Assembly: GCA_903918375.1 (NCBI GenBank)
Contig: CAIXED010000071.1
Location: forward strand, 6,875 to 70,874
DNA length: 64,000 nt
Origin: an uncultured Pseudomonadota bacterium
GTDB lineage: Bacteria > Pseudomonadota > Gammaproteobacteria > Methylococcales > Methylomonadaceae
Reading direction: 5' to 3'
A program made the position numbers and the translations under genes. The notes under the pieces are model-generated. The model did not search any database and was not told the origin of the DNA. It was given only the letters and a program-made list of their open reading frames with translations. Shown here in pieces: positions 1 through 8,503 of this stretch. Every line of letters starts with the position of its first letter. The first letter of the stretch is position 1.

Positions 1-1031
1 GCGATTACCAACTTGAAGCGATCGATAACCGAATTTGGTTATTCTTGGACGAGCTTCAGGAGCTGGGCAGAATTGCCAAACTTGAGCAATTCCCAGCAGT
101 TGGCCGTGGTAAAGGCGTTAGGTTGGTTTTTGCCAGCCAAGACCCGGGCAGGTTGATTGATATTTACGGTCGAGACCTTTGGAACTCAATTTACGCGAGC
201 TGCGCCAACAAAATCGTTGGCAAATTGACGGGTGATAGTGCCGATTACTACTCAAAAATTGCTGGTAAAGCTGAATATAGTCGTAATTCAACAACAACGA
301 CCAAGTCTTTGACGACTCAAGGCGGTGGCTCAGCGGCGTATTCCAAACAAATTGATCGTCGGCAAGCGGTCCCTGCTCACCGATTCGGTTCGGACTGCGG
401 CAAGTTCCCTATTCCAAAATGGGGATTTTTGGGCGGAGCGATGGAAAAATACGAGATCCGCGCGTTTTTTCTAACCGGATTTGAGCATATTGGCTTGTTA
501 AGTTGGCCTATCACCGCGTGGCAAACCAGCGATCGCTCAAAAATACCGGCTGACTGGACACAGCCGGGTTATATCAGTCGATTACGCGCCAATCCAAACC
601 CAGCCAATCAAAATCAATCAGCCGCTACAGGTAGTGGTGGCCTGAATTTGACCGCCCAAAAAAATGAGAAAGTGCTGGTAGACGTGGTTCGCACTGAGCC
701 TGAGATTGATCCAGACGAAATCATTCAAATTCCAGAACATCGAGCGCGAGAGGAGCAAAAAAATGAAGAAGAAAAGGCTACTGAAAATGAAAACGACCAA
801 ATCCCCGAAAACTCAGACGACAAACTGACTGAAAGTGTTAACGAATCCGCCGCTGATGTGATGCTGGATGCTACTGATTTGGGAATCGATACGCATGGCG
901 TTGGCTTTATCATCGATGCCATTCAAAAACCCGCCGGTGGCAATGTTGAGATTGATATTTTTGGCCCTGCCGCGCCGATTAATCCGGTCGATGGTACCGA
1001 TAGCGACGAAGAACAAAGCCCCAAAATTTAG
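1..1031 (+). CDS. Type IV coupling protein (TrwB/TraD-like), 5'-truncated by the window edge
   Basis: The frame is open from position 3 (DYQLEAIDNRIWLFLDEL, Walker B). It continues GRGKGVRLVFASQD...IYG...SCANKIVGKL, typical of the TrwB/TraD C-terminal ATPase region, and ends in a long acidic low-complexity tail. Confidence 0.85.
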   Translation, partial: DYQLEAIDNRIWLFLDELQELGRIAKLEQFPAVGRGKGVRLVFASQDPGRLIDIYGRDLWNSIYASCANKIVGKLTGDSADYYSKIAGKAEYSRNSTTTTKSLTTQGGGSAAYSKQIDRRQAVPAHRFGSDCGKFPIPKWGFLGGAMEKYEIRAFFLTGFEHIGLLSWPITAWQTSDRSKIPADWTQPGYISRLRANPNPANQNQSAATGSGGLNLTAQKNEKVLVDVVRTEPEIDPDEIIQIPEHRAREEQKNEEEKATENENDQIPENSDDKLTESVNESAADVMLDATDLGIDTHGVGFIIDAIQKPAGGNVEIDIFGPAAPINPVDGTDSDEEQSPKI

Positions 1032-1041
1032 AGGATTAACG

Positions 1042-1305
1042 ATGGAATCAAACAGCACAAAATTGAAAAAAAACCACTGTCAATGCGGCGGCAAAATCCA
1101 GATCAAAAACAATCTTTTTGGTTGCGAAAATTGCCATGCCATTGTTTACCCTAAACTCTTGGGCCGCGATATTTCAGAGTCTGAAGCATTATCGCTGTTG
1201 GCCGGTGAAACGCTATTGCTGCATTTCACCTCAGCGACGGGTAAAGCGTTTGCGGCCAATGCGGCTATCAAAAACGGCAAAGTGACCGTGGAAATTCAAA
1301 AATAA
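1042..1305 (+). CDS. Small zinc-ribbon / topoisomerase C-terminal repeat protein (87 aa)
   Basis: ATG at 1042 follows GAGGA. CQCGG...FGCENC is followed by LLGRDISESEALSLLAGET...FTSATGKAFAA, which resembles the Toprim_Crpt repeats of topoisomerase III. Confidence 0.65.
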   Translation: MESNSTKLKKNHCQCGGKIQIKNNLFGCENCHAIVYPKLLGRDISESEALSLLAGETLLLHFTSATGKAFAANAAIKNGKVTVEIQK

Positions 1306-1320
1306 TCAGCGAGGCACAAA

Positions 1321-3483
1321 ATGGACTCATCTATATTAGATACAGCAAAGTCAACCGATCGATCGATCGGTTTTATAAACGATATTTTTGGGTCCGGTTG
1401 GGAAAATGCTTTGACCGGTGGGACACCGGCTGGTGAATTCGGCAACGTGTTGATCGAAATGTTCTACAGCTTCAATGCCATTGTTTTGGCGGGGGTTGCT
1501 GTACTCTTGTTTTATGTCATTTCAGCGGGTGTGGTCGGCACGGCTCACGAAGGCGAGGCATTGGGCAAACGGTATTCAACCCTTTGGACACCAATCAGAT
1601 CGGCGTTAGCGATTAGCTTTTTGATGCCTTTGCCGTGGGTTAAATTGTCGTTACTTCAAGCGTTAGTCTTGAAATTTATCTTTTTTAGTATCAGCGGCGC
1701 TTCATATCTAGCTAGTCAAACTGTTGACATGATGGCTAAGCAAGGCGGAGCCATGACCTTGGCCGCTGCCCCGACAATCCAGGGCGAAGGGATTGCTGCC
1801 GAAATTTTGAAAAATTTAACTGTTCAAGAATATTTTTCACAACAAGAGCAAGTCGGCTTTCCAGGGGATGGTTTTGTAGAAACTAGCGGTGGTTCTGATA
1901 ATGAATCGTTGACAAAATCAATCATTTTTTCAGCCCCAAATTATGGCGTGCCTGGTGTTATTAATCGATCCGATATGGGATCAATTAGCGTCAGTTGCAC
2001 CCAAAACCAACAAAGTGTCTGCGATAGTGAAATCGCTCTAGTCAGACAATTAATCACAACACTGCGCCCTTTGGCGCGTGAGTTTGGCATGGCTCAGGAT
2101 GGTGAAAATTCATCGATTGGCTCATTATCCATTTATTACAATCAGGCCATTAAAGCCTATGCAACACAATCACAAATTGCGGCAACCAATGCGCTAGGCC
2201 TTATATCGGATCAAAAACAGGTTCAGCTCAGTAAATTCACTAACGCGATTAGCAATAATGGCTGGACCTGGTTGGGGGCTTATTATTCGGCCATGTTGCA
2301 GCAAAACGCCGCTGCACATGCCGCCACCGAATCCAGAGCTTCCGTCGCTAAACCCATGCGCTTAGATTTAGCGGGCAAAAATGCCGGCAAGGAATTTGAA
2401 GCGTCGATCACGCAATTAAAAACTTTCCTTGATACAGAACAAGCCGGATTAGAATCGCAAATTGCCAGTGCTGGTCAACCGAATGACGAAATGGGTATTG
2501 GCCGGTTAGCGAGCAGTTTTTTTGCTGATGCATTGATGAGTTCGTTCTGTGAAGCCTCATCTCAACAAGGCGCGGGTGATATTGTTGCAGGTGTTTTGTC
2601 AACCGGTGATCCTGTCTTAAATTTGCAGGAGCTAGGGCATAAACTCATTAATACCAGTTCGGTTTTGTTAACGGGGATGGGCGGGGCGATGATTGCAAAA
2701 TCAGCGGTCGATATTTTCCCGAGTGGCCGATTGGCGGGGATGGCTGCATCGATTTTAGGCGCTGATGATACAATGGGTAAATTGATCGGCATGGCAATGG
2801 CGTTGTTGGTACCTGTTGTATTAGCCCTAATGTTTGCCGGAATCTGTTTTGCCTACTATGTGCCTGCATTGCCGTTTATTATTTGGGTATCCGCTATTGT
2901 TGGCTGGTTAGTGTTAACGATGGAGATGATGGTTGCCGCGCCGATTTGGGCGGCGATGCATGCCATACCCGAAGGTGAAGGTATGGCCGGCCAGCACGGC
3001 AAACAGGGTTACATGATGTTCTTCGGCATTTTGTTTAGACCGGCTTTACATGTGATCGGTTTTTTCATGGCCTTTGCCATTGTCAATACTGTTGGGCATT
3101 TCATTGGTAATACCTACCAAACATTTACCGCTGTCACCAATGGCGATGCTGCGCCGTATGGCTTACCGGCTCAAGCGATTAGTTGGTTAGCAACCCTTGT
3201 CATTGGCGCCTCAATTGCGGTTGTGTCAATTCATAAAGTGTTTAATTTGATTACTTGGCTGCCGGACAACATTTTGCGCTGGGCGGGTGGCAATACGCCT
3301 TCATTAGGTCATGACGATAAATCCGGTGGGATGATTGTTGCGGCCATGAGTCAAACCCAACATAAAATCAGTGGTGGATTGTCAAAAGCGGTTGATGGGT
3401 TTTCAAAACCGTCATCATCTACTGGTACAGCATCATCTAAAGCTGAATCTAAAGCCGATATGCATACGTTGGGGGATATTTAA
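1321..3483 (+). CDS. DotA/TraY family inner-membrane conjugation protein
   Basis: N-terminal GTAHEGEALGKRYSTLWTPIRSALAISFLMPLP and C-terminal YYVPALPFIIW...AAPIWAAMHAIPEGEG...LFRPAL...LPDNILRWAGG motifs; multiple TM segments; 720 aa. Confidence 0.9.
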   Translation: MDSSILDTAKSTDRSIGFINDIFGSGWENALTGGTPAGEFGNVLIEMFYSFNAIVLAGVAVLLFYVISAGVVGTAHEGEALGKRYSTLWTPIRSALAISFLMPLPWVKLSLLQALVLKFIFFSISGASYLASQTVDMMAKQGGAMTLAAAPTIQGEGIAAEILKNLTVQEYFSQQEQVGFPGDGFVETSGGSDNESLTKSIIFSAPNYGVPGVINRSDMGSISVSCTQNQQSVCDSEIALVRQLITTLRPLAREFGMAQDGENSSIGSLSIYYNQAIKAYATQSQIAATNALGLISDQKQVQLSKFTNAISNNGWTWLGAYYSAMLQQNAAAHAATESRASVAKPMRLDLAGKNAGKEFEASITQLKTFLDTEQAGLESQIASAGQPNDEMGIGRLASSFFADALMSSFCEASSQQGAGDIVAGVLSTGDPVLNLQELGHKLINTSSVLLTGMGGAMIAKSAVDIFPSGRLAGMAASILGADDTMGKLIGMAMALLVPVVLALMFAGICFAYYVPALPFIIWVSAIVGWLVLTMEMMVAAPIWAAMHAIPEGEGMAGQHGKQGYMMFFGILFRPALHVIGFFMAFAIVNTVGHFIGNTYQTFTAVTNGDAAPYGLPAQAISWLATLVIGASIAVVSIHKVFNLITWLPDNILRWAGGNTPSLGHDDKSGGMIVAAMSQTQHKISGGLSKAVDGFSKPSSSTGTASSKAESKADMHTLGDI

Positions 3484-6294
3484 ATGATGTCGCTCACCGC
3501 ATTTAAACCCGGCACAAGCGCTGCGGATATTGCTCAATATGTTGAAAATGGCGAGTTGGGGCCTAACAAGCGCGAAGATTACTACACTGAACACGGTCAA
3601 GCCGGCGGCACCTTATTGGGTTCAGGTTGGGACAAATACGGTTTAAGTGCCACCGATTACAGCGCTCAACGAATCCAAGCGGTTTTGGATGGATATGATC
3701 CTCAATCTGGTGAGCAACTGATTAAAGGCATGGTGGATATTGAAGGCAATTCCAAGCGCGTACCAGGCTATGATTTGACCTTTAGTGCCGATAAATCGGT
3801 ATCGGTGGTGTTTGCTGCTGGCGATGAAGCCACAAAACAAAAAATCATTGATGCTCAAAATCAAGCGGTTGCGAGAACCGTTCGATACATTGAGGAAAAC
3901 TCACTAACGGCCAACGTCGGTAAAGGCGGCAAAGATCGTTGTAAAAGCAAATTATTTGCTTCAGGGCATAATCACGCCACCTCACGCGCGGGTGATCCTG
4001 ATTTGCATACCCATGTTGTATTAGCCAATTTTGTACAACGCGAAGACGGCAAAATCATGTCATTAAATGCCCGCGATTTGATGAATCGTCAAAAAGAGTT
4101 TGGGGCGATTTATCGGGCTGAGTTGGCGAGACAAATGGCGACGATTGGCTTTACCGTTGAAAAACATGGCCACGAAAATGAGTTTATGCGGATTGCTGGC
4201 AGTCCTAAAGAAATCGAAAAATTTTATTCAAAACGGCGTACTGAAATTGAGGCGAGCGAAGAGCAAATCAAAGCGGCCATGGAAAAATACGGCGTATCAC
4301 GCGCCCGTGCCGCTGAATGGGTTGCGCTCGATACTCGGCACGACAAAGAGGCCATATCGATTGAGGATATTAAAAAGCAGTGGCATGAAGAATTAAAAGG
4401 GATGGGGTTTGATCAATCCCATATCGATCAACTGTTGCAGTCCAAATTGACGAATAAACCTGAAAAACCTGAAATTGATGCTAATGCGATTTTAGAAAAA
4501 GTGACGGCGATGAATTCGGTATTTAGCGAAAAAACCTTGCGCGAAACGTTTGTGAATCAAGCCGTTGGGGTTTTAAGTGTTGATGAAATCGAAACCCAGT
4601 ATCAGGGCCTTTTAAAAAGCCCCACGTTAATTAAATGCTACAGAACATCATTGGGTGAAGATGGTCAATTAGTGGTTAAAAACGCCTTTACCACGCAAAC
4701 AATGGTCGATTTAGATAATGCCATGATTGCTGAGGCTAAAGCCTTGAAATCCGCTACTACTCATGCGATTGATCGCGAATTAGTGACTAAACAGCGATTA
4801 GCGTATCAAGCCCGAAAAGGCTTTGAACTAACGGCTGATCAAATCGTTTCGCTTGAAATGGCAACGACACAATCCAATTTAACCATTATTGAAGGTCATG
4901 CGGGGACGGGCAAAACCACAGCCATTGAAGTGGCCGCGAATGCTTGGCGTGAAGCGGGTTTAAATGTGATTGGTTGTGCGCCATCCGGCAAAGCGGCGAA
5001 TGGTTTGTTAGAGGTTGGCATCGATAGTGTCACGATTGCAAAATTGCTATTGCAAAACAAAAGCTGGCAGGATGATCAAGGCGTTTGGCACCAACCGACC
5101 AAGCCATTGACGAGCCATGATGTGATTGTCATGGACGAGGCCGGCATGGTCGGCACGCGCGATATGAAAGCGGTATTGGAAGCCGCGCAAGCCGTTGGGG
5201 CTAAGGTCGTGCTGATGGGGGATCGCAAACAATTACAATCGGTGGCAGCAGGTGGGGCGTTACGGGCTTTAATTGAAAAAGTCGGTTTGGATTCGGCTTT
5301 AACGTCTGTTCAGCGCCAAAAAAACGACGATATTAAAAATGTTGTCGCAAACTCAAGAACCGGCGATATTGCTCAATCCTTGGATTTGCTGGATCGAAAA
5401 GGCGGATTGCATCTAGTTGACGATAAACAGGCTGGCGTTACTCAAGTGATCGATAGTTGGAAACGCCATTATGATCACAATTCACCGCGAGCGGCTGAAA
5501 CGTCGGTGATGTTAGCGAATACCAATATTGATGTTGAAAAACTGAATGGCTTTGCGAGGGCTTATTTGAAGCAGGTTGGCGCTTTGAAGGGCATTGGTTC
5601 TGAAATTGAAGTATCGGATCGCGATGGTATTAGTTTAGGCAAAAAGGAATTTTTAGCCAATGATCGCATTGTGTTTTTAAAAAATACGACCTTCGGCGAA
5701 GGCCAGCAAAAGCAATCCGTTAAAAACGGCCAAACCGGGCGAATTCTGGCGATTAACGGCACAGCGTTAAAAATTCAGTTAGATAATGGTCAGCATGTGG
5801 TGTGTGACATAACAACGTATAACAATCTATCGCATGCCTACGCGATTACTACGCACAAGAGCCAAGGGATTACGGTTGATCATGCCGCTATTCTGGGTGG
5901 TGGGTTTATGCAGAGTTTAAATCAAACCTATGTGCAGCTTAGTCGGGTTCGGCATGATGTTGATTTTGTGTTACCGAAAAACGAAATTGAGCGATTGATG
6001 GTTGCTGTTGAGCCGACAAAAAAAATGCATGAGTTGGCGGCAAAAATCGCTGAGAGTAAAGGCCATGACTTGGAATCACTGAATGCCATGAATTTCTTGG
6101 AAACTAGAAATTATCTCAACGAACATGCGGATTTTTCAATTAATGGCACACCTGAAACGAGCAAGGATCGGTGGCGGCGTGAAATCGGCGATTTGTTAGA
6201 TCGTATGGGGCAAACGGTTGAAAAGGAAAATACGTTTGATTATGTGATTGAGACAAAACAACAGGAAGAGCGGGTGATTGAGGTTTCAATGTAG
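3484..6294 (+). CDS. MOBF (TrwC-type) relaxase fused to a RecD-like SF1 helicase
   Basis: Relaxase motifs EDYY, GYDLTFSADKSVS and HATSRAGDPDLHTH (HUH). Helicase motifs GHAGTGKTT, DEAGM, GDRKQL and HAYAITTHKSQG. Confidence 0.93.
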   Translation: MMSLTAFKPGTSAADIAQYVENGELGPNKREDYYTEHGQAGGTLLGSGWDKYGLSATDYSAQRIQAVLDGYDPQSGEQLIKGMVDIEGNSKRVPGYDLTFSADKSVSVVFAAGDEATKQKIIDAQNQAVARTVRYIEENSLTANVGKGGKDRCKSKLFASGHNHATSRAGDPDLHTHVVLANFVQREDGKIMSLNARDLMNRQKEFGAIYRAELARQMATIGFTVEKHGHENEFMRIAGSPKEIEKFYSKRRTEIEASEEQIKAAMEKYGVSRARAAEWVALDTRHDKEAISIEDIKKQWHEELKGMGFDQSHIDQLLQSKLTNKPEKPEIDANAILEKVTAMNSVFSEKTLRETFVNQAVGVLSVDEIETQYQGLLKSPTLIKCYRTSLGEDGQLVVKNAFTTQTMVDLDNAMIAEAKALKSATTHAIDRELVTKQRLAYQARKGFELTADQIVSLEMATTQSNLTIIEGHAGTGKTTAIEVAANAWREAGLNVIGCAPSGKAANGLLEVGIDSVTIAKLLLQNKSWQDDQGVWHQPTKPLTSHDVIVMDEAGMVGTRDMKAVLEAAQAVGAKVVLMGDRKQLQSVAAGGALRALIEKVGLDSALTSVQRQKNDDIKNVVANSRTGDIAQSLDLLDRKGGLHLVDDKQAGVTQVIDSWKRHYDHNSPRAAETSVMLANTNIDVEKLNGFARAYLKQVGALKGIGSEIEVSDRDGISLGKKEFLANDRIVFLKNTTFGEGQQKQSVKNGQTGRILAINGTALKIQLDNGQHVVCDITTYNNLSHAYAITTHKSQGITVDHAAILGGGFMQSLNQTYVQLSRVRHDVDFVLPKNEIERLMVAVEPTKKMHELAAKIAESKGHDLESLNAMNFLETRNYLNEHADFSINGTPETSKDRWRREIGDLLDRMGQTVEKENTFDYVIETKQQEERVIEVSM

Positions 6295-6306
6295 AACAAT
6301 TCTTTT

Positions 6307-6888
6307 TCACTTAGGAAGGAATATTCCCTTAATGCAGTCAGCGTTTATTATTGAAAGTTGAATATGATTATGGGTGTTAAATCCCGCGCCAGGATATAGC
6401 GGTTTGCCTTCCCAAAAAACAGCTCTGACAGAATCGAATTCGATACCGTCATCTTTAGCGGCTTGAATTGCATAACGAATAACAGCACAATCAAGATATC
6501 GTTTTTTTAAATCAAAGTCGTTGTCATTAAATGCTGAATTTGTTGGTAGTACGTGGGACTCTTCACTTAATGTCTGTACCATCTCGTCATAGGCTTGTTT
6601 GGTGAAATCTAGCCATCTTTTATCGAGAAGATCTAAGCAACGACCTAAATCAATTACCGCACCTAAAACAAATGGCGTTGTAATTTTTGAATTAGGGCGT
6701 TTACTGTCTTGAATCGCATATTGTTTAGCACGCTCTAAGCTGTGTTCCCAAAAATAAACGCCGTCACCAAGCCAATCGTAGTCATTGTTGCTATGACGTA
6801 GGGTTTCGTTACCATTTAGAATTTTTTTGCCAATCGCTTCATCTAAACCGTGAAAGCCGAGAACATAAGAAGATCGTGAAGAGTACAA
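6307..6888 (-). CDS. Hypothetical protein with ADP-ribosyltransferase-like motifs (putative toxin/defence effector)
   Basis: Motifs GFHG, DWLGDGVYFWE..ERAKQYA and HIQLSII. The likely start is TTG at 6888, after AAGGA and just past the stop of the upstream small ORF; the ORF track starts at 6972. Confidence 0.65.
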   Translation of the reverse strand: MYSSRSSYVLGFHGLDEAIGKKILNGNETLRHSNNDYDWLGDGVYFWEHSLERAKQYAIQDSKRPNSKITTPFVLGAVIDLGRCLDLLDKRWLDFTKQAYDEMVQTLSEESHVLPTNSAFNDNDFDLKKRYLDCAVIRYAIQAAKDDGIEFDSVRAVFWEGKPLYPGAGFNTHNHIQLSIINADCIKGIFLPK

Positions 6889-6889
6889 C

Positions 6890-7066
6890 TTATTTTCCTT
6901 GGCGATGCTCAATGTCTTTTTGTATGGTTTCTGCAGAGAAAAACTTCTCGACATAGTGACCGTTGGTATCAAGAATTTTTGCTCTAATTAGTAGTGCATC
7001 CCTTTGTTGTTTGCTGCGCATATTGGTTTTTTGGTAAGTAGTTGTTTCAACAATAAGTGATTGCAT
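6890..7066 (-). CDS. Small 58-aa protein missing from the ORF track (putative antitoxin/partner)
   Basis: AAGGGGGG-ATTT-ATG at 7066 gives MQSLIVETTTYQKTNMRSKQQRDALLIRAKILDTNGHYVEKFFSAETIQKDIEHRQGK*. The stop lies one base before the next gene's TTG. Confidence 0.6.
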   Translation of the reverse strand: MQSLIVETTTYQKTNMRSKQQRDALLIRAKILDTNGHYVEKFFSAETIQKDIEHRQGK

Positions 7067-7099
7067 AAATCCCCCCTTGATTTTAATAGGGCAATTGTA

Positions 7100-7474
7100 T
7101 CAGATGGGTTTTCGTTTATTGGGTACATTTAAAAAATCATCCAAATTTCGATTGGAATTGATGATATTTTCTATCCAAAACGGTTTTCTGCCAATGCCTG
7201 ACCAGGTTTCGCCAGTTTCGGGGTTACGGTATTTAGCGCGATATTTTTTTACCCCGGGTTTTCGTCCTACTGTTTTTTTTGCGACTGTTTTTTGCAGAAC
7301 AACAGAGTAGCCAATACTATCCGCTTTTGTTCTCAGTTCCTCAACATTGGCGCTTTGGTCAGAGCGAATCCGCTTTAGCAATTCTATTTCTATCACAGCG
7401 AACACGCGCTTTAACTCGGGCGTATCTAAAAGCTTGAGTGCTTTAATTAATTCGTTAGTGTCTGTATCGCTCAT
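7100..7474 (-). CDS. H-NS family nucleoid-associated protein
   Basis: C-terminal KYRNPETGETWSGIGRKPFWI matches the H-NS DNA-binding motif TWxGxGRxP. Confidence 0.9.
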   Translation of the reverse strand: MSDTDTNELIKALKLLDTPELKRVFAVIEIELLKRIRSDQSANVEELRTKADSIGYSVVLQKTVAKKTVGRKPGVKKYRAKYRNPETGETWSGIGRKPFWIENIINSNRNLDDFLNVPNKRKPI

Positions 7475-7539
7475 AGGGGCATTGATTTTTTAAACCAATA
7501 ATTGTACCCTTATTTTTTAATTAAAACAGGGTTTATTCG

Positions 7540-7749
7540 GTGATTGAAAAGAAAAAGCAAGCGGCCAAGGATGTTGTCAAGGCTCACGAGGCCCGAATGA
7601 AGGCCGATGGATACGATAGGGTTAAATTATTTTTGCAGCGTGATATTGTTGATTCAATCGACATTATCGCTAACGCAAAAGATTTGCCGCGTTACAAGCT
7701 GGTTAATGAGATTTTACAGCAATACATTGATGAGTTTACGGGGGACTGA
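7540..7749 (+). CDS. Small ribbon-helix-helix/CopG-like DNA-binding protein
   Basis: 69 aa. RMKADGYDRVKLFLQRDIVDSIDIIA...PRYKLVNEILQQYI fits a strand-helix-helix pattern. Confidence 0.55.
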   Translation: MIEKKKQAAKDVVKAHEARMKADGYDRVKLFLQRDIVDSIDIIANAKDLPRYKLVNEILQQYIDEFTGD

Positions 7750-7976
7750 TATTAGGTGAGCCATGGCAATATTTAAAAGCCAATATTAGCCATCAGATAA
7801 GTTATCTAAGGTCATTTCTGTGAAAAAAACGGTGCTGGCCGCGCGAGACGCGAACAAAAGTAGTCATCTCACTATCAAAAAAATGATTATAGCGAGTCGC
7901 GAACAAGTCAAGGGTGCGCTGCGCCAGTTGGCTTCAAAGGGATTTTGAGGAACAGAGCAAGTTTTAGTTAGAAAAC

Positions 7977-7998
7977 AAGGGGCGAAAGCCCCTTTTTT
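7977..7998 (+). terminator. Rho-independent terminator-like hairpin
   Basis: AAGGGGC-GAAA-GCCCCTT followed by a T-run. Confidence 0.6.
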
Positions 7999-8333
7999 CT
8001 TGGCGGCTTTTGGGGGCGATAACTTAGCTCCAGCAAGCGCAACGCAGCTGGGCCTTTGGTCTTCCAGCATTGATGGCTTCAAAATTAAAAAAATATACCG
8101 CCGCTTTCCGGTGTTCACTATTTTGTTTGCGGCTAGGGCTGTGGCGGTTGATAGATATCAACCGCACCCTCAAAGACCGGTTTTTTCAATGTCCTCTGAG
8201 CCGCTATCGCCACTGCCGGTAAAGTACCGGCAATAACCTTCGGCAAAATTCAAATCAAAATCAACGTCCGAAGGACTCATTTTAATTCGTTTTTTTGTCT
8301 GGCATTCGGCAAATGTTGCGCTGCATTATTTTG

Positions 8334-8355
8334 AAGTGCGCCTTAAGTGCGCCTT
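8334..8355. repeat. Tandem 11-bp direct repeat (AAGTGCGCCTT x2), possible integrase arm-type sites
   Basis: Exact tandem duplication about 60 bp from the tRNA 3' end. Confidence 0.6.
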
Positions 8356-8372
8356 GGAGAATTTTTAAGCAT

Positions 8373-8404
8373 AAAAAAAGGACTTCGATTTCTCGTAAGT
8401 CCTT
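8373..8404 (-). terminator. Terminator downstream of tRNA-Met
   Basis: AAGGACTT/AAGTCCTT stem with an A7 run that reads as a U-tail on the minus strand. Confidence 0.7.
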
Positions 8405-8412
8405 GTTTTATT

Positions 8413-8489
8413 TGGTGGCGATACCGGGAATCGAACCTGGAACCTCGGGGTTATGAATCCCGCGCTCTAACCAGTTGAGCTATATCGCC
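8413..8489 (-). tRNA. tRNA-Met (CAT), probably elongator
   Basis: Reverse complement GGCGATATAGCTCAACTGGTTAGAGCGCGGGATTCATAACCCCGAGGTTCCAGGTTCGATTCCCGGTATCGCCACCA forms a cloverleaf with anticodon CAT, a TTCG T-loop and an encoded CCA. Confidence 0.95.
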
Positions 8490-8503
8490 TTGAATATCCG
8501 CAC

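Larger units (their letters stand above)
1..8412. mobile_element. Integrative mobilisable/conjugative element (right part; extends beyond the window start) abutting the 3' end of tRNA-Met
   Basis: Coupling protein, DotA/TraY, MOBF relaxase, H-NS and RHH genes lie immediately downstream of the tRNA 3' end, and tandem 11-bp repeats sit next to the tRNA. No integrase is visible in the window. Confidence 0.8.

Noticed and set aside
868..1041. Longer 145-aa version of the small zinc-ribbon ORF
   Set aside because: It overlaps the coupling-protein gene. The ATG at 1042 has a good SD and starts just after the upstream stop.
6889..6972. N-terminal extension of the 221-aa ORF
   Set aside because: Better explained by a separate 58-aa ORF in another frame plus a TTG start at 6888.
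7864..8236. ORFs 7864-8118 (-) and 8000-8236 (+)
   Set aside because: No recognisable motifs, and they run across terminator and palindromic DNA; probably non-coding.
8413..8489. Alternative identity as initiator tRNA-fMet or tRNA-Ile2
   Set aside because: The paired G1-C72 argues against fMet. Ile2 cannot be strictly excluded by eye, but the sequence and position after ychF fit elongator Met better.
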